DNA of 64,000 nucleotides from a virus: IMG/VR virus record IMGVR_UViG_3300029908_000016, positions 17,006 to 81,005 of that record; one strand, 5' to 3'. Shown piece by piece: positions 38,834 to 46,862 of this stretch (position 1 is its first letter; each line of letters starts with the position of its first letter). The notes under the pieces were generated by a model. It saw only the letters and a program-made list of their open reading frames with translations, ran no database searches and was not told where the DNA came from. The position numbers and the translations under genes were made by a program.

Positions 38834-39898
38834 ATGAAATTTGCTTTTAAAGAACAGCGGTCGATTGTTGAAAAGTCTATAGAACGAGTATTCGCATTAT
38901 TGTCAAACAATCCTTATAGTAAACCTACACTTTATCTATCTGGCCCAATGTCTGGTAAGCCTGACCATAACTTTCCAGAGTTTAATCGGTTGGCTAAACA
39001 TTTCCGTGAGCAAGGGTTTTTCGTATTAAACCCAGCCGAGAATTTTGATGGTGTAACCAATCTTCCTTACGAAACACATTTTCTGGAAGATGTTGTATTG
39101 TTATTGTTTGCTACTCACATTTATATGCTGGATGGTTGGGAGACATCAAGAGGAGCTTATTGTGAATATCTGTTATCTCGTAGATTAAATCATATATTTG
39201 TTGATGTTAATGGATTACGCATTGACCCACCACCAGCTAGGGAAACCGCAAAGGATATTGCTACAACAGGATTTATTAATGTTTTAGAACCAAGTACCGA
39301 CAAGTTGACTAAGGATATAGCTGATGCAGTCAATAAACGTTTACGGGAATACGCCTTTCAAGAAAAGAAAAATGAACATGTTGAGAATACAATAACAACA
39401 GCTAATAAACAGTTTTTTAAGAATTGTAGTATTGAAGATTATGAAGTTTTCAATGCTAGGTTAAATAATCGGGTCAAAGAGTTATTGGTTGAAAACGAAA
39501 AGCTAAAAAAGGAAAGAGATGAATTTAAGAAGGCATTAGATGTAGCATTATTGGAAAATGTAGGTAATGCTTTATTGGAGATATCTGCTGTTTCTAAAGA
39601 GGAAGAGAAATCATTAGCTCAACAATCAATAGATATTGTTAATAAAGCTCGCTCTGCTCAATATGGTAATCCTAAAGATGATTTCTTAAGAACGGTAGGA
39701 ATGTTAAATTCATTAGGTTATCGTTTTGAGACACCTACAGGAGAGATTAAGAACTTAGATTGTTATGATTTTCCAATAATTATGAACGTTGTAAAATTAT
39801 CTAGATTGGTTCATACCATTAATAAAGAAACATTTCATAAGGATTCGGTATTAGATATTCATGGTTATATGAATACATTAGAAATGTTGTATAAGTAG
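38834..39898 (+). CDS. DUF4406 (deoxyribosyltransferase-fold) / coiled coil / DUF6378-like fusion
   Basis: YLSGPMSG...NFPEF...VLNPA...IYMLDGWETSRGAYCE; C-terminal R.AQYGNP..F...KLSR...HKDSVLDIHGY. Confidence 0.78.
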   Translation: MKFAFKEQRSIVEKSIERVFALLSNNPYSKPTLYLSGPMSGKPDHNFPEFNRLAKHFREQGFFVLNPAENFDGVTNLPYETHFLEDVVLLLFATHIYMLDGWETSRGAYCEYLLSRRLNHIFVDVNGLRIDPPPARETAKDIATTGFINVLEPSTDKLTKDIADAVNKRLREYAFQEKKNEHVENTITTANKQFFKNCSIEDYEVFNARLNNRVKELLVENEKLKKERDEFKKALDVALLENVGNALLEISAVSKEEEKSLAQQSIDIVNKARSAQYGNPKDDFLRTVGMLNSLGYRFETPTGEIKNLDCYDFPIIMNVVKLSRLVHTINKETFHKDSVLDIHGYMNTLEMLYK

Positions 39899-39938
39899 TA
39901 AATAACCTTGATTTCTACCCTTATGGTTAAGTTATAAT

Positions 39939-40247
39939 TTGAGCATGGCCAAATTGGACTTAACCAAGCTAAAGAAAATCAAGTCACATACTTTTGCAGG
40001 TAAAAAGTATAAGGTAAAAGTCAAATACCTTCCACCTGACCGGATGGCTCAATGTGATCATCCGGAAACAAAAGAAAAAGCCATTATTATCGATCCCCGA
40101 CATCACGAAGAAAGGGATTTACTAAAATCCCTTTTGGATGAATCTCTACATTGTTTTGATTTTCGAATTGAAAATGATGTTGTCGATAAATTTGCTTTGG
40201 ATATAGCAAATTTTTTAATTAGAGCAGGATTTGGATTAAAGAATTAA
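39939..40247 (+). CDS. zincin-like small protein with degenerate HExxH
   Basis: AQCD...I.IDP...LLDESLHC...E..V. Confidence 0.5.
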   Translation: MSMAKLDLTKLKKIKSHTFAGKKYKVKVKYLPPDRMAQCDHPETKEKAIIIDPRHHEERDLLKSLLDESLHCFDFRIENDVVDKFALDIANFLIRAGFGLKN

Positions 40248-40474
40248 GCTTCTTCAAAAAACCGATTAACAGATTCAAGTTTTGAGTTTTCCAGAGATTC
40301 AAGCATTTCCATAATCTTATAATCTTCGGTATTGGATTTTTTACAAAGTTCAACAAACGATTGAATGAGTTCTTCGTCAGCAAATTTATAAAGACTACCG
40401 TTTGCTTTTTTCGTTAAATCCATAAATGAATGATAACATTGTTTTTTGTAAACACAACACAGACTTGTGGACAT
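40244..40474 (-). CDS. small hypothetical protein
   Basis: Short ORF, probable start MDLTKKA. Confidence 0.35.
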   Translation of the reverse strand: MSTSLCCVYKKQCYHSFMDLTKKANGSLYKFADEELIQSFVELCKKSNTEDYKIMEMLESLENSKLESVNRFFEEA

Positions 40475-40499
40475 TGCTAAAATACGCTAACTTTAAATA

Positions 40500-43466
40500 A
40501 TGTCCGATACTCATAAAGTTGTTCTCGATCATGGCAAGTTGGCAAAATCTCCAATTGATAAAAAATCCGATTATAGTTTTTTATCCCCTTCTTCGTTTTT
40601 CTCACCAACTACCAATTTGATTCCTCAGTTGTCAGGTATATCCGGTGGTCGTGTATTATTGGGGGACAAAGCTAGCCTACAGGCAATATCGTTAGTGCAC
40701 CGTGAAGCCCCTTTAGTCAAATCACGTAATGAAGAAACTGACGAATCATTTGTAAAAGAATATGCCAAACCAATGGCAGCTGTTTTTTCGAAAGTTAAGG
40801 GAAAGGTAAACAGTATAAAAGATAACATAATTATGGTTGGTGACACTCCACACCATATTTACGACAATTTCCTGACGGGACATAAAAGCTTCATTCATCA
40901 TGAGCCGATTGTAAAAGTTGGAGATGAGGTTAAAGAAGGTGATTTATTAGCCAAAAGTAACTTTACAGATTCCCACGGTAATTTGGCGTTGGGAGTCAAT
41001 TTAACAACTGCTGTCATGCCTTATCGTTCTTCGAATTACGAAGATGCGTATGTTATTACCGAGGCAGGTGCTAAGAAACTGGCAGGTGAGCAAATGATTC
41101 CCCTGACGGTTGAAAAGGAAAGAGGGCTGGATTTCAATAAGAATAAATATATTTCGTTGTTCCCCAATAAATACGTCAATTCTCAACTTGAAAATGTTGA
41201 TTCTGATGGTGTGATTAAAAAGGGTACAACGGTAAAGAACGGTGACCCGTTGCTTTTGAGCTTCGAACCCAGAACATTGAGAACGACCGATGCGCAGCTT
41301 GGTAATATTTCAGGTATATTAAAGAACGCATTTTCTGATCGTTCACAAAAATGGGAATATGATTCTCCGGGTGAAGTAATGGATGTGGCAAAGACTAATA
41401 AATTGGTCACGATTACTATAAAAACGAGAAGACCGATATCAGTGGCAGACAAGCTATCCGTAAGTGCTGGTGCAAAAGGTGTGGTTGGCGCGATACTATC
41501 GGATAGTCAATCCCCAGTAACGAAAGATGGAAAACCAGTAGATATTATCTTGAATTCCATGTCCGTTGTTTCGCGGGTAGCTCCAGGGTTGTTAACATCG
41601 ATAGCTTTAGGTAAAGTTGCTCAAAAAACTGGTAGAGCACTATCTATTAATGGCTTTGATGAAAAGTCGAATATTGATAATGCACAAAAGATATTAAAAG
41701 AAAACGGCTTGCATGAAATGGAGGATATTTATGATCCACTATCAAACAAGCATTTGAACGTAATGGTGGGACCAATGTACGTTACTCGCCTACATCATAT
41801 ATCGGAAGATAAAGCCTCAAGTAGAGGGCAGGGAGGCAGTTACGATATCAATATGCAACCTGCAAAAGTATCAGGAGGTGATAAGAGTAAACGACTAGGT
41901 AATCTAGGTACGAATATTTTAATATCTAGAAACATGCGTCATGTTCTCGAAGACGCAGGAACAATACGGGGAACAAAAAATGATGAATATTGGCGTAAAT
42001 TGAAATTAGGTGAAGATTTACCAAATCCAGAAGTTCCATTTATTTTCAATAAATTTATTTCTCATCTTGAAGGAGCAGGTATAAAAGTACAACGGGATGG
42101 TACTCGGTTTAATGTACTACCTCAAACAAATAAGGATGTTGAAAATTTATCAAAAGCAGAGATTGAAAATGCTAATATATATAAATTAAAAGCTGGTGAA
42201 TTGATACCTGAGGAGGGAGGTTTATTTGATGTTAATAAAGTAGGTATTGGAGGAGATAACTATACACATATTAATTTGAAGTACCCGGTTATTAATCCAA
42301 TTACTGAGGATTATATTCGTAAGACCTTAAATATCACAAAAGATAAATTTAATGATCTGGTAGGCAAAGGACAATTGATCGATTTATTAAAGTCAATCAA
42401 CTTAGATAGTAAAATCAAAGAATTAGAAAAAGATATTAAATCGGCTAGAAAATCAGACAGGGATAATAAACTAAAGGTCTTGGCTTTTCTTAAAAATCTA
42501 AAGAACAATAACATTGATCTTAAAGATTTGATCATCAATAAAATACCGGTAATACCTGCAAAATTTCGTCCACTGGTTGTACAAGGAGGAAGAGTAATAT
42601 CATCTGGTGTTAATGAGTTATACAGAGATTTAATGTTAGTGAATCAAAGCACTGACGGATTGCCAGAAGATATAGCTGAAGGAGTCAGGCGCAAACAATA
42701 CGATGGAGTAAAAGCTGTTTATGGATTAGGTAGCCCAATTTCTACAAGAAATGAAAAAAAGAATTTTAAAGGATTATTGGCATCTGCTTTAGGCTTACAA
42801 GGAGGCTCAGCTAAAGGTAGTATGTTCCAATCAAAGGTTGTCAATAAACCTTTGGATCTAACTGGTAGGGCAGTCTTAACTACGGATTCAAATTTGGATA
42901 TTGATGAAGTATCTTTACCTCATGAAGCTGTTTGGAAAAGTTATAGCCCTTTTGTAATTCGTCGATTAGTACAATCAGGGTTACCCGCTGTACATGCAAA
43001 AGAATATGTTGAAAATAAACATCCTATTGCAAGGGAGCATTTATTGGATGAATTAAAGGATCGACCGATTAATGTTATTCGTGATCCTCAAATTGCCTTA
43101 CATTCAAGTCAGGGGTTTTTTGTTAAGATGAATTCCGATCCAAAAGATACGTCGATTAAGTTGAATCCCCTTCTTAGTAAAGGATTCGCATACGATCTTG
43201 ATGGAGATGCGTTAACATACTTCGTACCTTCTAGTGAGAAAGCCAAGGATGAAATTAAGAACAAAATGCTACCATCCAAAAATCTACTTTTTCCTAGAAA
43301 TTTTGGGCCTGCCTATATACCTTCCAATGAATCCGCTTTAGGTTTATATCAGGCTTCTACACTGAATAATAAGAATAATCCCAGAAAATTTAATAACGTA
43401 GACGAAGTGAGGAAGGCTTATGAAAAAGGAGAGTTGCATCTAGGCGATAATGTATTATTGTCTTAG
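40500..43466 (+). CDS. rpoBC: RNA polymerase beta C-terminal / beta' N-terminal fusion (catalytic subunit)
   Basis: beta motifs LALGVN, NYEDA, DKLSVSAGAKG, GPMYVTRLHH; beta' motifs GGLFD, IPVIPAKFRP, DLTGRAV, IRDP, YDLDGD. Confidence 0.92.
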   Translation: MSDTHKVVLDHGKLAKSPIDKKSDYSFLSPSSFFSPTTNLIPQLSGISGGRVLLGDKASLQAISLVHREAPLVKSRNEETDESFVKEYAKPMAAVFSKVKGKVNSIKDNIIMVGDTPHHIYDNFLTGHKSFIHHEPIVKVGDEVKEGDLLAKSNFTDSHGNLALGVNLTTAVMPYRSSNYEDAYVITEAGAKKLAGEQMIPLTVEKERGLDFNKNKYISLFPNKYVNSQLENVDSDGVIKKGTTVKNGDPLLLSFEPRTLRTTDAQLGNISGILKNAFSDRSQKWEYDSPGEVMDVAKTNKLVTITIKTRRPISVADKLSVSAGAKGVVGAILSDSQSPVTKDGKPVDIILNSMSVVSRVAPGLLTSIALGKVAQKTGRALSINGFDEKSNIDNAQKILKENGLHEMEDIYDPLSNKHLNVMVGPMYVTRLHHISEDKASSRGQGGSYDINMQPAKVSGGDKSKRLGNLGTNILISRNMRHVLEDAGTIRGTKNDEYWRKLKLGEDLPNPEVPFIFNKFISHLEGAGIKVQRDGTRFNVLPQTNKDVENLSKAEIENANIYKLKAGELIPEEGGLFDVNKVGIGGDNYTHINLKYPVINPITEDYIRKTLNITKDKFNDLVGKGQLIDLLKSINLDSKIKELEKDIKSARKSDRDNKLKVLAFLKNLKNNNIDLKDLIINKIPVIPAKFRPLVVQGGRVISSGVNELYRDLMLVNQSTDGLPEDIAEGVRRKQYDGVKAVYGLGSPISTRNEKKNFKGLLASALGLQGGSAKGSMFQSKVVNKPLDLTGRAVLTTDSNLDIDEVSLPHEAVWKSYSPFVIRRLVQSGLPAVHAKEYVENKHPIAREHLLDELKDRPINVIRDPQIALHSSQGFFVKMNSDPKDTSIKLNPLLSKGFAYDLDGDALTYFVPSSEKAKDEIKNKMLPSKNLLFPRNFGPAYIPSNESALGLYQASTLNNKNNPRKFNNVDEVRKAYEKGELHLGDNVLLS

Positions 43467-45108
43467 TTATATGATTAGAAACGATTTAACAAAAGAAAAA
43501 TATGGTTATGTTTTTTCTGATCTAGGTAAATATTCAAGAAATTTTTTAATTTTCCAATGCGACTCTTGTGGGGAAATTATCGAAAAAATTCGAAAAAATT
43601 TTAGAAAGTGGTTTACACTTGAAGATAAGGCTTTCTGTACTAAATGTATGGCAGCGGCCAGAGAGTATGGAATAGCTAAAAAATATACTTCTTACGAAGA
43701 ATACTTAAATACAAGACATCAAAATTTAAAAAAGAATAATTTAGCTAAATATGGAGTAGAAAATGTTTCCCAGTTATCGGAAATTAAGGAAAAAAAGGTA
43801 AATACTTTTTTAAAAAATTATAATCATACCTCCTATATACAATCCGAAGAAGGCAAAAAACATAGAGAAGCAAGACTTTTGGAAGTTTACGGGGTTAAAA
43901 ATTGCTCTCAAAGTGATGTGATAAAAGACAAAAAAGAAAAAACTTTTCTAAATAGATACAACGTTAAAAATATTTTTCAAGATGAGGCGATCAAACAAAA
44001 TATACAAAAATATTTTTTAGATAATTATAATGTCGTAAATCCTAGTCAAATACCTGAAGTACAGAATAAAAAAGAAATATCCTGTTTAAAGAGTACGGGT
44101 TATAAACATAATTTCATAAATCCTGTTATAAGAGAAAAGTCTAGAAAAGGTTGTCTGGCTACAGGTCGTTGGAAATTTCCTGAAGAAGGTTATGTTAAGA
44201 AAATTGCCGAGGAAAAAGGTATAAGTACTGAGACTTTTTATAGTTTTGTCAGAAGATTCGGTGTCGAGCAATTCGAGGAAAGTTTTCGACTGCGAATGAC
44301 AAAAATCGAATTTGTCGTTAAGCAATTTTTAGAGAGTCTCAAGATGCCTTATATATTTAATAAGAGAATAACTACAGATTGCAACCCTAACAAAAATAAG
44401 AAATTTAGTAGACCTGATTTTATCGTACCTAGTAACAGGGTAATTATAGAATGTGATGGTTTATTTTGGCATTGTGATAAATTTAGAGATAAAGATTATC
44501 ATGTTGATCGCAGAAAATATTTTGTTGATAATAATTATTTTCCGTTATTCTTTAGAGAACATGAAATTTTACATCATCAAAAAATTGTCGAATCCATCAT
44601 TAAAAATAGATTAAATTTAATTACAAATAGAATATTTGCCCGAAAGACTACTTTAAAGGTAGTTGAATTCGAAGAAGCAAAATTGTTTTTTACAAATAAT
44701 CATTTGATGGGTAAGGGGTTGGGTGAAACATTGGGCCTTTATTCTAACGACCGCCTAGTGTTAGCCATGCAATATAGATGGAAAAATAAACAAGATAGGT
44801 TGCTAGAGATATCGAGGCTTTGCCCTCTGATAGACCATTCGATTATAGGCGGATATTCCAAATTATTAAAATTTCTGATAAAGTTAGAACACCCCAAACA
44901 AGTTGTTAATTTTATAGATAAAAGATATGGTGATGGTAATTACTTATCGCAATTCGGGTTTGTAAAGGAGTCAGAGTTCATCAGTTTTCAATGGACTGAT
45001 TTTATACATACTTTTCATCGTATGAAGTATCCTTCTAATTCCGGTTATGATAACGGGTTGTATAAGATTTGGGATTGTGGTCAAGCCAAATATGTACTAA
45101 CGTTGTAA
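43450..45108 (+). CDS. free-standing homing endonuclease-like protein (probable start 43471)
   Basis: CxxC, KYGVENVSQ repeats, RPDF...IECDGLFWH, IFARK, WDCG; paralogue of 28453 ORF. Confidence 0.8.
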   Translation: MYYCLSYMIRNDLTKEKYGYVFSDLGKYSRNFLIFQCDSCGEIIEKIRKNFRKWFTLEDKAFCTKCMAAAREYGIAKKYTSYEEYLNTRHQNLKKNNLAKYGVENVSQLSEIKEKKVNTFLKNYNHTSYIQSEEGKKHREARLLEVYGVKNCSQSDVIKDKKEKTFLNRYNVKNIFQDEAIKQNIQKYFLDNYNVVNPSQIPEVQNKKEISCLKSTGYKHNFINPVIREKSRKGCLATGRWKFPEEGYVKKIAEEKGISTETFYSFVRRFGVEQFEESFRLRMTKIEFVVKQFLESLKMPYIFNKRITTDCNPNKNKKFSRPDFIVPSNRVIIECDGLFWHCDKFRDKDYHVDRRKYFVDNNYFPLFFREHEILHHQKIVESIIKNRLNLITNRIFARKTTLKVVEFEEAKLFFTNNHLMGKGLGETLGLYSNDRLVLAMQYRWKNKQDRLLEISRLCPLIDHSIIGGYSKLLKFLIKLEHPKQVVNFIDKRYGDGNYLSQFGFVKESEFISFQWTDFIHTFHRMKYPSNSGYDNGLYKIWDCGQAKYVLTL

Positions 45109-45392
45109 GAGATATGCTTTATTCAGAATGGAACGAAAAGACGATTGAGGAGCGCACGACGCTTCTTCGTTCTTGGTTACATGAACTGATTGAGTTGAAT
45201 AAAAATATCGCTAATCCCATATCTGAATATTATACTAAACATAGGCGTCGAACTGTTTTGCGAAAGAATATTCGCGAGGTTTCCAGCTATATGAGATTGA
45301 ATTACAGACCCGAAGAAATTATTTACGAAGAAGAGCAAGAAGACAATTCACGAAAAAAAGAATATGCAAAAAATATCCCAAATTTTAGATGA
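45069..45392 (+). CDS. hypothetical protein (probable start MLYSEW)
   Basis: ORF fills the gap between flanking genes. Confidence 0.45.
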   Translation: MGLWSSQICTNVVRDMLYSEWNEKTIEERTTLLRSWLHELIELNKNIANPISEYYTKHRRRTVLRKNIREVSSYMRLNYRPEEIIYEEEQEDNSRKKEYAKNIPNFR

Positions 45393-46056
45393 GATCGATA
45401 ACCTAAAAAAGGTTGCGTTCATTCCTAATCCCCAGATATCAAATCCTCAAGCAAACCCTGAATTAGGACAAGCTTATCAACAAGTTGAACAGATGGCGCA
45501 AGGATTGCCTCCTCAAGCGCAACAGCAATTGCAGCAACAGTTACAACAGCTTCAACAATTACCACCTGACCAACAGCAGCAGGCTTTACAGCAATTAGCT
45601 CAACAAGTGCAGCAAGCGACTGCCCAATCGCAAGGTGGGAGTCAGGGAGCACCAGGTCAAGGTCAATCACAAGCTGGCGATCCAAGTACTCCACCTCAAG
45701 AAAGTGGGCAACCTAGTTCTGGTGGAGGTAATGATCCTGGAGCTTCTAATCTTTCTTCTTTAGATAGCCAGCAAATTACTTTGACTTTATCTGATTTGTT
45801 AAACCTGGTTTCAGGCGGAAAACATTCGAAAACGACCGCCGCCATTCATGGTTCTAAACGTGATGCGGAATTACAATCTCAAATGCTTGAATTAAAGCAT
45901 AAAGAGAAGGTGGAAGATTATAATAAGAAACAGCAAGAAAAAGAATTACAGGAACAGCAGCAACAAGCCATGGCTCAACAACAGGCTTCCGCTGGTAATG
46001 TTGGAGGAGGCGGAATTTATCCTGGTGGTATGAACGGTCAAACACCTCAGCCATGA
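45364..46056 (+). CDS. Gln-rich low-complexity protein
   Basis: LKKVA site then polyQ/P/G tracts. Confidence 0.65.
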   Translation: MQKISQILDEIDNLKKVAFIPNPQISNPQANPELGQAYQQVEQMAQGLPPQAQQQLQQQLQQLQQLPPDQQQQALQQLAQQVQQATAQSQGGSQGAPGQGQSQAGDPSTPPQESGQPSSGGGNDPGASNLSSLDSQQITLTLSDLLNLVSGGKHSKTTAAIHGSKRDAELQSQMLELKHKEKVEDYNKKQQEKELQEQQQQAMAQQQASAGNVGGGGIYPGGMNGQTPQP

Positions 46057-46862
46057 CAATAATGAATCTCGATCCTCTATCTACATTCCTTGAGAAAGAA
46101 GGGAGTGATAAAGCTTTGGCTTTGAAAGAGGATATAGATAACTTACCCATTAAAGTCTACCACGGTTCTCCTAAGCCTCATTTAAAAGAATTGTATAAAG
46201 GTAGTTATGTAACAACAGATCCTTCCATTGCTCATAAGATGGGAAGGTTCTACAAATCAACAGGTAAAACTTGGAAAGATGATGATTTAGCAGAACGTTA
46301 TGGTTTTACACCAGACATTAAGTTTAAAGAAGGAAGAGAACCTGACGGTGAACCTACTGTATATGAGGGAGAAATTCATAAAAAAGATATTGATTTTTTA
46401 AACAATCCACACGAGCATAAGACTCTAATTCCTATCCCTATTAAAATATATAAGATGAATAAGACTTCTTCTGCTCATTTTGCCGATGTGAAATTTTCCA
46501 GTTTACCTTCCAAGACTCAGGAAGATATTAAAAGATTTGCTAGTGATATTACCGACGATACATTATTGATTCATGCAGGTTATGTGATTAAAGAATTACT
46601 CCCGATGGTAGATAAACATAACTTCGATCAAGCTGAGAAACATATTAAGGATACTAAGATTGATGAGAAAGAATTTTATAAATTACTTCCTTCTAAGTAT
46701 ATTTTGATTAAAGATAATAAGATAATTGATGGCCACCATTACGTGGCAAAGGCTCGTAAACTTGGCGTTACATGTTCCTTAAATGTACTGGATTTAACAC
46801 CTATACGTTTTCAGAAAAAAGCTGCGAATCTATGGGAAGTATTAAAGAATAGGATTTCTTAA
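46053..46862 (+). CDS. putative ADP-ribosyltransferase-like + ParB/Srx-like two-domain protein
   Basis: VYHGSP...GSYVTTD..IA (ART-like); IIDGHHY.AKA..LG (ParB-like). Confidence 0.58.
   Translation: MTIMNLDPLSTFLEKEGSDKALALKEDIDNLPIKVYHGSPKPHLKELYKGSYVTTDPSIAHKMGRFYKSTGKTWKDDDLAERYGFTPDIKFKEGREPDGEPTVYEGEIHKKDIDFLNNPHEHKTLIPIPIKIYKMNKTSSAHFADVKFSSLPSKTQEDIKRFASDITDDTLLIHAGYVIKELLPMVDKHNFDQAEKHIKDTKIDEKEFYKLLPSKYILIKDNKIIDGHHYVAKARKLGVTCSLNVLDLTPIRFQKKAANLWEVLKNRIS

Noticed and set aside
43467-46861. Group I intron joining the two beta' parts
   Set aside because: The interval holds four tightly packed ORFs, leaves no room for a ribozyme core, and the downstream part has its own ATG
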